From positions 16,492,001-16,556,000 of the forward strand of contig OZ241829.1 in NCBI GenBank assembly GCA_965202585.1: a DNA stretch of 64,000 nucleotides, in the 5' to 3' direction. The notes under the pieces are model-generated. The model saw nothing but the letters and a program-made list of their open reading frames with translations, was not told where the DNA came from and made no database searches. The DNA is from Thalia democratica. Taxonomy: Eukaryota. Position 1 is the first letter of the stretch. The number at the start of each line of letters is the position of its first letter. Positions 1 through 13,730 of the stretch are shown here, one piece after another. The position numbers were made by a program, and so were the translations under genes.

Positions 1-576
1 AAAGATATAGGTGTTAAACAAATAAATAAACTTTTTGTAATGAAGTAGAATAATCTTTTTTTTTTTTTATGTTTTTCACATTTGTTTTAAACATTAAAAT
101 TTTTACTATAGCTTTATAAAATTAGTTTCTAAAGCTTAAACTAGTCAAATTATAAAACTACCAAAAAATTGTGGTTACAACTAACAGTTTAATGAAAAAC
201 ATAAAATGTAGAAAGATAAAAGTAATTCATATAAAGCTAGATTTTATAACAAACAGTGGCAAAATGTAAAAAGTAAAAATATAGATCTACAGTCTAGTAA
301 TAAGAAAACGCAAAAATAAACATTTTAAAATAAAAAATCAATATAAATCAATATAAATACCTGTAAATTCGAAAATACTTAGGTAGAGTTTTTATACAAA
401 AAGGTAGGAAAAAAATTACAAATAGACTATTTTATTACCCTTTTATAGTTCAGTTAAAGAACCAGAACATTTTTTTATAATTTAAACGTTTCTATTAAAT
501 ATTTTAAAAACTCTTTTACAATGAGATTTATAAAAATATTAAACAAATAAATTATTTTTATAAGTATCGAAAATAC

Positions 577-3500
577 CTCCAACCGGCGCTCAGCCACGTA
601 AGCGTTCAAATTTTCCCTGAAGCGATCCGCGTCGACCTGATCCTCCTCCGCGGGAGAGTGCCTGTTGTCACAATTATTGTAAAATCTATTCACTTTTTTC
701 AACTTATATGTTACAATTATACTGCATTTAAACTTTTTCAATACTCGAATAACGTTATGTGATGTTATGAAGCAACCGCATAAAAAGTTAAGAAAAGCTC
801 ATCTCATTAAACGCGGTGTTGTAAACTTGTTTTAACAGTTGAGTGGAACGTTTCTGATAGCTTATAAATAATTTTGCGTCTTATTATGATACAATTTTTT
901 ATTTTTTGAACGCACTAACAATTTTTAGCTAGTTTCAAAAGCTCACCTGCTAAGCACGGTCAGGCACAGTTTCTTCTCGAAGCTCTGTATGCTTGTTGGG
1001 AAGTGGAACTTGATGTTCTCGATGTAAACGGTGGACGTTTGCGCGGTGGCCGGCTCCAAGTACAAGTCGTAGTCTTCAGTGCCTGTGCATTGTTTGGTGG
1101 TAAGTATGACTGCAAGAAAGTTGTTGCTCAGACGGTATAAAATACATAGAGTCGCCACTGGTTTTTGGAAATTTTTCTCCAGGTTTACAAAATTACACTT
1201 TTTAGGGTCTATTTTTAGTCCAAAACTACGTTTAAGGTAAAAAACTGTGTTAAATAGTATAACATTATTAAAAATATACTGTAAAGCTACTTTAAATGTG
1301 TAGTTTGATGAAAATGTAAAAATTGTTTGACATTCCAGGTTTTTTAGCCTAAATTTTCAATTTCTAGGTTTTCCAGGATTCCAGGTTTTGTGGCAACCCT
1401 GTATACACAGCATGACAATCAAGAAAAGATGCTTTTTTTAAAGATTAACTTCTAACTAAATTTATTTTTTAAATAATAACTTGTAAACCTCAAATTTATA
1501 AATGTATTTTTATGAAAACACAGAATTAAAAAACTTAAAAAAAACCATACATATTATATACTTAAATAATTTCTTTATATAATTTCTTACAAATTCTTAC
1601 ATTAAAGTTAGTATATAATTAAATTTTGAAAAACTAAAAATTATACAATAAGATTGTGTACATTAATATTAAGGCGTTCTATGATGAACTAGACCACGCA
1701 AAGACTTTAAAACTTTAATTAAATTTACAAACTCTCATACATGAATCTGCATACATGGCACCAATACCAAGTATTTAAAAGCAAAGTTAAAGGACACAGA
1801 TAGTCAAGAACAATAATACACTGCTAGCATTTACTTCACTACTTAAAAACATATTTAACCTACCAGGTATCCGCACAGCTTCATTTTTCAAACCGGGTAT
1901 TTTGTCGGAGTGCGCGTAGAAGTGGTTTTCAACCATGAGGTGGGAAACGGTGAATAATGCCGAATGTTTGAACATGCTCAACTCTACATGGGCTCCTGTG
2001 GCGCTTCTCCTGACAATCTCGTTTCCTGAAACAAGTTTTACTTTGTATAAGAAAGACTTCAATTATACAATATTTTATAAATAAAGTTTAAACCCTGTCT
2101 AAACTCTGATATAAATTATATATATTTCAAATATCTTAGCAACTAGGCCAAATATTTTTCTATACTGTATTCATAAATAGTAATTTAGTATAAAAACACA
2201 TAAAAAGTTAAAAGATAATGACTTACTAATTTTTTTACAGTCAAAACTTTTATAATCTTTTATGTTTTTTTTTATATTTTAACTGAGTTAGAACAGTCAA
2301 AAAAACATAGCATTTAACAACAAGTTCACTATAATAAACAAGTTTTTTATTCTAGATAGTAATTTTTAATTGGTTACAAACCCTCAAATCCTTCATATGA
2401 ATCTTCTATATACAACAAAGCTTTTGGACTTCCTCGATATATTTGTATCCTACAATAATATAAAACAAATAGGTTTATTAAGAAATAAAAACAAACAACT
2501 GCTTTGAAATATAGCTGAAAAATAAATAAATATGAAGTGGTTAGTGTTAAGTTATAGTAAAAGCAAAAATAAAGTAAACATTAAGTAAATTAACTTTTAC
2601 TTGAGCAGTATTTTAAAATATTGTAAAGTAAATTTTAGATAAATGTATGTCATACTCATAGTCATTAGTGAAAAGTTTAATCAATAACTTTCTTTCAATT
2701 GACAGAATAAAACTAATTAAGACAATAAATCTTGATAAATAATTTACAATTTTCAAAACACAAATTTTAATTGCGAATGTTTTATTTATAGAGTTGACAG
2801 TTTGCCTTTGTAAAAGCTTCATATTATTTACATTGCTTACTACTGTTGTTTGATACAGGTTGATTATGACAATCAGGTGCAAATTTCAATGAATAAAGCT
2901 AATAACTTCAAACATTATATTGGGAGGTCAAAACTAAAACTATTACAAAAGAAGAAAACAAGTTGAAAATGTTTACTTTTTAATTGTAGAACTTATCTCT
3001 TCTGACACATCATACAGTTTATCGTTATATTGGAACAACTGACATGATCCCCACCCAATAGAACTTATTTTTGCCTCAACTGAGCTTTCTGGTAGCGGAT
3101 TTTTGGGTAAACTTTTTGAAACTACTTCAACAATTAGCACTAGACTTGCGTCCGCAATTGTTGAATGAAAGTATATTGGCTGTTTATAAAAATATATATT
3201 TTAATTATATCTAAAACTGTGACACCTTTCTGAAGAATTTTTTCTTTTAAATTTAACCACTTCAATAAAAACTATTTTGTCTGTGTTGAGGTAGTTCAAA
3301 ATGCATATAAAAGTTTTAAGTAAAAATATAAAAATTGTGGTGTAAGTTGAGCACAGAAAACGTAATGTAACTGACTAAAATAAAATTGGTCATTAATCTA
3401 ATTACACAAAAAAGATAAATTATAGATCTTATAGTTATTTTGGAAATTAAAAATGTGAAGGAAAAATAAAATAAAATAAACTTTACCATGTTTAGAACTA

Positions 3501-5047
3501 CTTCTTGGTCAATTTGTTTGTAAAACTTGCTTGAATATGTTTTTCCAATAAACTTTTTGTGAACAACATCAAAGAACGAAAGACAAAGTTGGTACTCATT
3601 GTCCATCGCATTTGTTACTGAATTATGCTAGAGAATATACAAATCAGCTTGAATATTTATACTTTACTATTAACTTTACAAAAAAATACTTAATAAGTAT
3701 GGAAAGTAAACCAAAAATTGAAACATATGTTGTAACTTGAAGCATCTTGATAAAGATAAATAGATATTTTCTTTTACCAAGATGGTCTTGGATTTAACAT
3801 TTGTCTATTAGAAGTCTCTTGTTTGAAATTTCTTAAATTTATATTGTAAAGACTAAAACATAAATGGTTTGATAGGTTATGTATTAAGGCAACAGGAGGG
3901 GAAAGAAAACAACTTTTTGTATGTATTTTTATTTGTGAGTAACAGTTAAAAACACCTTAAAGAAGAAACCAATGAAACTATCAAACTGCTTATAAATTCA
4001 AAGCTACTATTCAATTACAAGCAATCAAAGTTTGATACTTTCATGGATTTCTTATTAAAAGCACAAATTAAAAAGGAGAAAAAATATATATTATACTAAA
4101 AATCTATCTTCTCTAAAGTTTTTTGAGTAATTAGTTGCAAATTATCTCAGTTTAACTTTTATAAAGTTTTAAATGTATCTTGAAGAGATATTTTTAACTA
4201 ACAACATAGACAAAAAAATATCATTTTTATTTTTAACCATAACCTATAAAATTAACTTTTTTATTTATTTTTATAACATTTTTAAAACCTATAAATTTTT
4301 AACCATAACCTATATGTTTAATGTTTTCCAATTTTTAAAATACTGCTAGAAAAAATTAGTATAAATTTAGTGTGTTTAGCTAAAAAAACAAAAAAATGGC
4401 AAGATATTTTGTGAACTTTTAAATTTCTGAGAAAATTTAGGAAAAATATTGCAGTCCATAACTACTCCACATCAAAATAAAACTAAAAAATGTTGGTTTT
4501 CTAACAAAACTAACTTACAGTTTATAATTTAGGGTTTTATTTACACGGTAATATTTTTTTAAGAAAAGTTTTTCAACCCCCAAAGGTCTTAATAGCATAG
4601 TGAGTACAAAAAAAAGCTATTTTTGTATGCATTTTTCTGAACGTTTTAAACAACTCTCTAAAAACTTTTACATTTTTTTGTAGAAAAATATTATTTTACT
4701 TTTAAAAAACTGTTTGTATAATTTTTATGTATATTTTAAGTTAGTTCACTCTAACTTAAACTTAGTTTTTCAAAAAATTGGCCCAGGTTTACACTTGTAC
4801 TCAAATAAAAGTTATAGTTAGATCATTTTTTAAACAGAAACTCATGGTGTATAAAATTTTTAAGTTATATTTTATTTATACTTATTTACAAACTAACCAG
4901 AGCTCTAAAGGAAGTCACTTTGTCAAAATGCAGCTGATATCCCATGCTGTAAGGTAAAGAGGAGGATTCAGTCGAGGCCTCAATGCCAACGTTCGATTTT
5001 AAAAGCTTCAACCATTCTTGGCTGACTTGATTCAGTTTTTCTTTCAT
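577..5047 (-). CDS. NPHP4: Nephrocystin-4, 5' exons (partial; continues beyond window start)
   Basis: Phase-consistent GT-AG exons 5047-4898, 3627-3487, 3179-2977, 2449-2382, 2025-1864, 1109-947, 685-577. They translate to MKEKLNQVSQEWLKLLKSNV...EYQLCLSFFDVVHKKFIGKTY...LNMPIYFHST...IQIYRGSPKALL...HLMVENHFYAHSDKIPGL...SFEKKL...YVAERRLE, collinear with remembered NPHP4 N-terminal motifs (VSFFDVTYRHFFGRTW, FNEPLYFHTS, LRLYHGTPRALL, HLLPENLLVSGLQQIPGL, ILERRL). Confidence 0.92.
1147..1401. mobile_element. Non-autonomous TIR element (CAGGGTTGCCA family, hAT-like), intronic in NPHP4
   Basis: Degenerate left end TAGAGTCGCCAC, right end GTGGCAACCCTG, internal TTCCAGG repeats; related copies at 18786, 57700 and 62555. 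Confidence 0.7.
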
Positions 5048-8000
5048 GATTAAGTAATGACTTTTTACATTTGGTATTTTTAATTTAAAAGTAGCTGAGT
5101 TTTATCAAATAATTTGTTCAACTAGTAGTAAAAAGTATCAGTTTTAATATAAAAATGTTTTTATATATTCTTTAATAAAATTTTATTTACAAAAAACAAA
5201 TTTTATTGTTCAAAAGAAATACATTTTTAACAGCAAAATAAATTTGCAAAGTAATAATACTACCAGTAACTAAATAAACCATATTTTAATATACATATTT
5301 TGATTTAAAAGCAAAAATCAGGGTGGTCACTGCATTATTTTTTTTTAGAAATTCCTTCCGAGCTTTTTTTCTTCCAGCTTTTTTTAGTAGAAGTTTTATT
5401 GTTTCTTTTCAGTAAAAATAAAAAGGTTAAATTGTTTTCAATATAATTAATTACTATAAGGAATAAAAAACAACTTTTACTGTTAATAAACTGAATACCA
5501 TATATACTTAATTATATTCAATAGTTATTTCTTATTGAATCTAATTTGCATTATTTTAACAAAGAATTAGTTCAAAGCCTTAAGTTTTTGAATAGTGTAA
5601 GTTAAAAATCAAGGTTTTTTTAATTACAAATTCCAGGTATTTTCAAGTAAAACTTTTACCCTGCTAAATTTTATGAAACATATAAAACTTTCCTTATAGT
5701 AGGAAGATTAATGTTATCAGTCACAACTATAACTGATTTAGTCAATGTAGAAACTAAACAACACATTTAGTTCTACATATTTTAGATAATGTACTAGATA
5801 ACATTCAAAGCCTTTATAAACTAAAAAGCTAAAAGTTTTAAAAGCAGAAACTCAACAGCAACTAAAATACACTATCCGATTGTTCAATTTTTTCTACCAA
5901 AAGAGTGACATAAATAAATCTTTTAGTAGTTTAAATCAAATAATTTTATAATGTTTATTAGTTTTTGTTATTATTGCTTTTAATAAAACATCAGACTCAC
6001 TCTTCTATTTACAGCGATAAGCATTTTTTGAAGATCAAGCAAGTAATTTTTCATCACCTGTAATTCTACCTCCCCCTTTAAAACTGACACTAAACTAACC
6101 AAAAAAAACTATTTATTTGGCTGAAAAAAATCCCTTGGTGACACGCCATTTGGTAAACACTCACAAAGTTGAAGTTTCAACACTAAAAACCAAAAAGATC
6201 ATGGAAAATCATGAAGCTCAAATCCCCAAGCAAGTATTTATCCATGCTGCAATGAAAAACACAACAACAGTCCAATCATGTGATCACTGCCACCAGTTTT
6301 TGTTAGTATTGACTTGACATAAAACTAAAAAAATAAAGATATAAGAATAATAACAAAAAAATTATATTTTTTTTAACTTTTACTTTTACCTCTAACTTGT
6401 ATTGAAGAAAACAAAAGGAACTGTATTTTTTTTCCAAGGAGAAGTATTTAATATTTAATCTAACACAATAACAAAAAGATAACAAACAAAATATACACAC
6501 AATTAACATAATTTATTTCAGTAATGTATAACATTGACTTTTTCATTAACAAGACAATCATTTAAAAGACTAATCATGATCTACTGCACATATAACTTGA
6601 TAAATTTTCAATACAAATATAGCATACATATAGAAGCACTTTAGGTCTACTCAGTGTACTTTTTAAACAAAATGTTTTTATAACTATATTCTAATAGTTT
6701 TTATAAGTTTTAGGGACATTCGACCAAAACTTTGGACTCAAATACCTAAAGCAGTTTAGGGAAAGTCTTGTTCTAGGTCTTTTAGTAATAAAATTCATTT
6801 TATTAGAAAACCTTGTGTTGTATTAGTGAATTAGCAAGGGAAAATCCATTGTACTCTACATCATATACTTTCATACTACAATACATAAAATAATTTTAAG
6901 TGAGGCCTGATGAAAACTTTCAAATTTTCAAATCCATTGGTCACACATAAAATATTTTATCATTATATTATTTGACTGAAAAGTTTTATGTTTGTATTAA
7001 AAGCTTGAATTAAAGATGTATTAACCACTGTTAATGCAAGAGAGCTTGCTTTGCAAATAGTGGTTTTAACATAATATTTTAACAAATAATAAAAAATCCA
7101 CTGTATGAAGCAAAGCAGCCTAAATATCAACCAAGTTACTAATTTTATATAAACAGCAATTCAAATACATAAAATATTATTTAAAAAAACTATCACAAAA
7201 ATTATAACGTTTGAAATTAAGATATCTTGTTGTTTTTAGTTGTTCCTAAGATAACAAATTTTTAAATTTTATTTTCTTTTATAAAATATATGATATAATA
7301 AAATATAAAAATTTAGAGGTTCAAAATTACTAAGAAAATTAAAAATAATTTTATCTATATTTGCTTTTTAAAGTAAAAAATATATCATTTTATTTTTTGG
7401 TGTAATAATAGTAAGAAAAAAATTCGAAAAACGACAAAAATGTTTTTTATTAGAAACTCACTTTGTATTCAACTAACTTTAAATTTTATTAAAATGTTGA
7501 CCTTTGACATAAGTTTTAATCAAAGTTCAAGAAATTTGTCAGTTTTTAAGAAATATAAAAAAACATGTTAAATTTTAATCTTGCCTTGTACATTTTTTTT
7601 TTTTTTTTTTTTATGGTAAAAAAACATCAGTCTCAAAATGAAAATGTAATGTAATATAATTTATGTAAATATAAGTACGAGTTGTTTTTATGTAATTAAA
7701 ATATTTTAAAATTTTATATATAAATATATAAAAATAAAGCAGCGAATGATTTAGTAACTAAAGTACAATTTTTATTTTTAGTATAACTGGGCACAAGTTA
7801 TCACATTTTAAAATGGTTATGAGCACTTTTAAGTTATTTACATTTGTAAGTGTGTGGGCTGTGCATTTGATATATTTTTCAATGTCTAAATCCTAAATTC
7901 TCAAGTAAAAAGTCGTATTAAGCCAAACTAAAAATAAAATTAAACACGTTTATTATCAAATTGGTTGTAAAATCCATAGTAATGTGATTTAATTCTATGA

Positions 8001-8099
8001 ATGTACATGTTTAATATTTTTTTATATTTTTAGAAAATGGTAGTTTGATGATTTTTTAATTAATGAAATAAATTAGTTCAAAATCGATGTGAAATGTTT

Positions 8100-9240
8100 C
8101 AATTAATGCAAAATTTCCTAGAGACTATAAAAGAAAAAATGTTTTAGATTTAAGTCTTGAACCTGAAGAAAAAAATGGATGTAGTTTACCACAGTGTTTA
8201 CTTTTTGTTTTTGGTAGGATAAGACAGTTTTATTGCTTTTTTAGTATCATTTTTTAAATACCAACCAGCTTAAAAGGTTTTTCTAATTTGTCGTTTCTTT
8301 AAATAGTTCTAGTAAATGAACCAGTAAGGATATTATTGTTTTAAGTATCTCAAATCTTCTATTGGTTGTGTGTTTTTCTTCGTGATTTTTTTGTCTTTAT
8401 CAAAATCGTTTTAAATAAAAAAGTTTTTTTATTTAACAAAAAAATCTACAAATATACAAAAGATGGTGCTCTCACAGACACATCTGGAAGAGAACAATCA
8501 CAGATGATGTTAGTGATAGAGCAAGCAGCACTTAAAATACATTACGCCAAAAAACATAAAACATCAAAAAAAGATTTAAAAGAAGCTTTTTCAATTACCT
8601 TTGTAGACACCACTAAAAATTATTCAGACTTAGATTTTTTAGAAAGAAAATGGATCAATAAACTCGAAGCAACAATAGATATAAACAAAACTATATTACC
8701 ACTTTACAGATAATTGAATAGGTTACTACTATTTAACATGTATTAATTTTTATAAAGTTTTTTTGATTATACATTTCTAAATATCTTAGCAAGTTAAGGT
8801 AATACGCTTTACTACTTTTATCGACTTACTTATTATAATTATTTACTCTATTTATTTTTGATTTTTTAACTTCAACCAACAATAAGCTCGATTACTATTT
8901 TTATTACTATTTTTATTTTATTTTTACATCTTAAAGTATTATAAAACATTAAATCAAACACATCAAAGTTTAACAATTTAATTTTATTTATTTCTTTGAT
9001 TTTATTTTATTTCATGTTTTTTTTATTTAGTTTTTGGTAGTTTAAACTACAGATACTAATAAGATTAACTATTTGAAAAACTTTTCAAGACAGACGTTTT
9101 AAAAAATAGTTTACTTTAAAACTTGATTTATAGTTACGCCATAATATCTTTTTTTTTAATTTTTTTATGCAAGAAAATTTTGAATTAATCAGTTCTAATT
9201 GCCTACTGAAGAAGAATTTGAAAGTACTTTAGGCAATATA
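8100..9240 (+). mobile_element. Decayed Penelope-like retroelement 3' fragment (GIY-YIG endonuclease remnant plus hammerhead-bearing tail)
   Basis: Frameshifted KKMDVVY...KYT...RHIWKR...ALKIHY...LDFLERKWINKLEATIDINK* resembles PLE GIY-YIG C-termini. The 8190-8430 segment reads best on the - strand (probable internal inversion). A hammerhead motif lies at 9198. Confidence 0.55.
9198..9237 (+). ncRNA. Minimal type I hammerhead ribozyme
   Basis: ATTGCCTA-CTGAAGA-AGAATTT-GAAA-GTAC-TT-TAGGCAAT: perfect 8-bp stem I, intact core, 1-2 bp stem II, palindromic GTAC stem III, CUU triplet. Confidence 0.8.
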
Positions 9241-10389
9241 ACGAATACTAATAAATTTGTAGATTTTTTATTTAAAACGATAGTAAATGAATCAAAATAA
9301 TTTCAAACTTTTTGCAACTTTTTAAAGAAATTTATTTTAAAGTATCAAAACTTGTTGTGATTAAACTAAGTATAAACTTGATAACACATTTTTTACTCCT
9401 TTCCCAGTGTATTATACTCAGCTTGAAAACATTCTAGATAAGTACAAAATATATGGTTGGTAGGCTAAAGCGTTTGAATTACATTTCTTTCGCCAAAATT
9501 TCTTCTGTTTTTTTAGAGTCTCGATTTTTTTAGTAGTAATAGAATTTCCTACGAACAAAAGTTAATATGCAAAAACTTTGTTATTGCGTAAGCAATGAGG
9601 TTTAGTTTTGATAATTTAGGGAAAAAAAAAGACTTTTAAGTTCACTAAGTTTAATGATGCTTCATTAAAAAACAAATATGCTTTTAAAAAATGTTAAGAG
9701 TAAATTCATGAACAAATTTAGATTAAATTTATCCGGCGATGAGATTTTTGTCAGATAGTTATATTACTAAAAAATAGTTTAGACAAATAATTTTGTTATA
9801 GAAAAAAAAACTTTATCTACTAATAATGAAGCTTAGAATCAACATTTTCTGATTAAAACATTTATTAGTAAAAATAAAAACAGACTTTAAACTTTTTATA
9901 TACTTTTTAAACTTAACTAAAAATAGTTGGTGATTATAATATAAATTTTGTCTTTTATTTATTTTTATTCTAGTTATACTTTAATAAGAACATAAAAAAT
10001 ATTGTTTTTCTCCTACTTCACAGTTTGATAATTTGAAAATAGTTTAATGAATTCTAATCTAAAAATAAAATTAACGTGCTTTTTAGAAGAGATAAACATA
10101 GAGGGAATTTACAAAAAAGAAACGAAAGACTGCAAAAAGGTTTTTGGTACGAAAAGTTAGTATATACAGTCTTTACACGATACGTACAAAATGTTCATCT
10201 TAAATTAAGTAAACTTAGCTAACTGAAAAAAAGACTATCTTAAATGACAAAACTATTTTTGTAGTTAGACAATTTGTTTAGCTATACAATGTTTTATGTA
10301 GTATATATTTAAAAACAGATTAATTGATAAAAAACTATAAAGGCTAATAATAAAACAAACAAAACATTTTTATTTAAAAAACTTATTCA

Positions 10390-11136
10390 AAAACCTCCGT
10401 TTTTCGCACAATCAAAGCACGATATTTTATGTTGATAATTTTTCTTGTATTTTCCGAATTTCTTCAAACTGCATTGCTCTAAGCATTTCACGAATTTTTC
10501 TATGGCGGCGGAATCACCTTCGCCGTGTTCACCAGTTGACTTCTCCACGATTTCCATCTAGTTTATCTTGTTTTGTTCGTCAAAAATGATGTTGTCCTTG
10601 AAAGTTGATATTGCTAGATATCATCCTACTTCATCTTTTCGTAAAAAGTTTTTCCGGCACAAGAATTAAACGAGTGGTACGTTTGTTCAAAAAGCCTTGT
10701 CATTCTCGTAAAATATCAAAAATTTAGCCAAGCCAACTATCCGAGCGAGTCGAGTTGATTGTAAATCAAATGCAGCAAGTTTCCTTTTACACGGTTGACA
10801 ACATCTTGCATAATTGGTCCTCTTTTTCGTGGCGGCAATACTCAAAGCTGGTCGCCAACAAGTTAGGGTTAGAAAGGTTGCATCGAACCTGTTTTGCATG
10901 TGGTAACTGATACCCAGTCGCAAGGTTTTCCAGATGTTTTGCTCCATAATGAGCGAGTTCGGGTTTCCAGTATTCCTCGTTCCATGCTTTCAGGTCGCAT
11001 TCTTCCATTTACTGCTCAAATCGTTCCTCCGTACATCTTTTGATAGTAGGTTCAGAATGGTTGGTGGAAATTCCTTTTTTTCTTCAGATTTATTTGAAAC
11101 TGAAAGTCTTAAGTTGCTGTTCTGTTGAGAACTCAT
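10390..11136 (-). pseudogene. Intronless decayed ORF of about 240 codons, unknown product
   Basis: GC-richer island with an acceptor-like tattttcttacag just upstream of ATG at 11136. A protein-like frame can be stitched across about 2 frameshifts and several stops (MSSQQNSNLRL...DLKAWNEEYWKPELAHYGAKHLENLATGYQL...KRKLAAFDLQSTRLARIVGLAKFLIFY...AAIEKFVKCLEQC). Confidence 0.5.
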
Positions 11137-12009
11137 GGCTTTATATACGATAACTTTCTGTAAGAAAATATTTTAAAATTTTTATGTGTTTAAGTCTACA
11201 AGTTAAATTGTATTTTCATAAACACATAGAACATATTCATGTTATAGGTTATAACTTTGATTATAGTTGATTCGAACTTAATGCTTTATGTTCGCATCAG
11301 AGTAGCGTTTATAGGCGCAAATGTTAAGTAATACAGTAAAAACTGTTAGTCGAGTTAGGTACTTCACTGTACTTTACTTTATTCTCTAGTTTTAGAACAA
11401 ATACTTATTTTTCACACCACTGAAAATTACTCATATAAAAACTTGATGCGTAAAGAATCAAGTTTGATAAAGTTGCAAAATTGTGTCTGCTTTCTATATT
11501 GTGCACTTTGTTCTACTTTGTTTTTAAAGTATAAAGCACTAAATACAAAACTAAAAACAAAACTTATCATCTGAATCACATGTTTTTTGTATTTTCGTTT
11601 AAATACTTCATTTTAAAATTTATTTACTATTTCAATTTAAAAAATACATCGTCACCATTTAAAAAATATTTAGGTAAGTGACTAATATGTATTCCTTACA
11701 AAACCTTGTAACTACGTATTTGCAAGAAGTAAAAGTTTTTGTGATTTAAGTAAACAGTTATAAGATTAAACTAAATGGTTCAAACCAACGAAAAACAAAC
11801 CTTATAGGTACAAAGCTATACTTAAAAACAATGGAATGTCTTTACAAAAAATAATTAAAACAAACAATAAAAACTAAACTTAAAACCTTTTAAAGTAGAG
11901 TAGAAAGAATAATTCAAACAGTAGCTGTAAGCATGTAGTTCAACAGTACAGGGCATGGTATAAATTTTTAACATTTTAGAAGTGTTTAACTAAATTTAAT
12001 AATATTGTC

Positions 12010-12125
12010 TTTTCAACGATAAAAAGGCGCTAAAAATGTTAGATCCTAAAACCTAGTGTACGAAAAAACCTTGCGATTATCGAGTCGTACACCACTTAGA
12101 TAAACTTTAAAGTCTTGCGCAGGAC
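12010..12125 (+). repeat. ~120-bp dispersed structured repeat, copy 1
   Basis: Shares GATCC..ACCTAGTGTACGAAAAAACC..TTATCGAGTCGTACACCAC with copies at 13.6, 36.1, 38.7 and 43.9 kb. Confidence 0.75.
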
Positions 12126-12892
12126 TCTTTTAATTAATCTTAATTTAGTTTAATAAATTTTAATAGAGTTGAGTATTAGCACCAATTAAATTGGTTTTCA
12201 CTAGTTTAATTATAAACTAAATAGTTTCAAGCTTAAAAAGTAAATAAAGAATTGAAATATATAATAACGTCAATCTTTGTATTCTTTAGACATTTTTCAG
12301 TAAAAGGGGTGGCTTAAGACTTTTTAAGTAGATACATCCTACACTTGAAAAGAAGAAAATCATTTAGTAACTTTTAACAAATTACTTTACAAAACTAACA
12401 AGGTACTTTTTTTATTATGTTTGAAACATAATCATGTATTGTAACAATTATTAACATACTGTAATTATAAAATAAATAAAACCAAAAACGAGTAACGAAA
12501 ATTTTGATTGTTGTTAGATTTAAAGTTTTCATTCGTCGATGTTGTATTATGAACTGAACACCTCATTTTAGGTAATAAAAAACTGCCTCATTTTAAATTG
12601 AAAAAGTTAGCCCGTACCATGATAAATTTGAAAAGTTAGTAGTAACAGCAAACTTAAAAAAGAAAAAGGTAGAATACTTTTAAAATGGTAGTAAAAAAAA
12701 ATTACCTAATATATAGAAAATAACAGAAGTTTTCATCATTAAATATTTTCAAGTCATGAAAACAAGCTAGATATTTTATAAAAAACCAAACTAACCTGAG
12801 TTCTGCGAAAAAAAGCAAATTTGTCTAAGTAAGCCTGTGTTTTACTAAAGCTTTAAATTGTTAAGTGATTTACAAAATAAACGAATCCAGTT

Positions 12893-13509
12893 TGGCAACG
12901 GTTCAAAATTGCATGAGCTTACTAAATTGCACGAAGGGACATAATTGAAAAATAATAAAATCGCACGAGGGCACAAAATTGCACGAAGACAATTTTGCAC
13001 CAAAGGTCAATTTTGCACAGAGGGTAATTTCTGCACGAGAATAAAAATTAACAAAAATAATATATATAAAAACAAAAAAACTAAAAGGTAAACTAATAAA
13101 AAAACTAAAAGAAAAAAAAACTGACCGAGGGTAAGGGTTAGTGGTAACAGTGATAGTAAATACAAATACTAAAAAAAGAATTAATAAAATTTATTATAAA
13201 GAAAAAAAATATATTAAAAACAAAAAAAAGCTCCGAGGGTAAGGGTTAGAGGTGACAGTGATACTAAAAAATAACAATTTGTTAAAATATAACATTAATA
13301 GTAGTAAGAGAAAAAAAAATAAAAAAAAAAAACAAGTTACCGATCGAGGGTAAGGGTTAAGGGTAATAGTGCTAGTAAAAAAAAAATATTAAAAAACTTG
13401 TAAAAAAAAATATTAACCCGTACAAAAACGTCTCCGTGCAAAATTGTCTGCTCATGCAACTTTCTCCCTTGTGCAATTTTGTGAGCTCGTGCAAATTCGA
13501 CAGCTACCC
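12893..13509. mobile_element. Non-autonomous TIR element with TTGCAC subterminal repeats and three internal GAGGGTAAGGGTTA motifs
   Basis: Imperfect ~30-bp TIRs (GGCAACGGTTCAAAATTGCATGAGCTTAC versus the reverse complement GGGTAGCTGTCGAATTTGCACGAGCTCAC); fragments of the same family at 56551-56770 and 57565-57610. Confidence 0.75.
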
Positions 13510-13614
13510 ATATAGTTTATATACCAAACATGAACTAAAAAAATAAATATTCAAGCTTTTTAAACTACCAAGAAAAACGTTTTTTTAAATCATAAAATGA
13601 AATGTATAAATAAC

Positions 13615-13730
13615 TTATTGAACTAAAAAAAAGTACTCAAAAGGTTTGGTCCTACGACCTAGTGCACAAAAAACCTTTCGGTTATAGAGTCGCACACCAC
13701 GGATGCCTTTTAACATCTTGTCCAAGACAA
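13615..13730 (+). repeat. ~120-bp dispersed structured repeat, copy 2
   Basis: GGTCCTACGACCTAGTGCACAAAAAACCTTTCGGTTATAGAGTCGCACACCAC. Confidence 0.75.

Noticed and set aside
5995-6317. ORF 6117-6317 (+) and exon-like AG...GTGAGT segments on the - strand
   Set aside because: No recognisable product and no phase-consistent exon chain; could be NPHP4 5' UTR exons, but this is unsupported.
6898-6948. Hammerhead-like GGCCTGATGA...
   Set aside because: GAAA is replaced by CAAA and stem I does not pair; at best a decayed relic.
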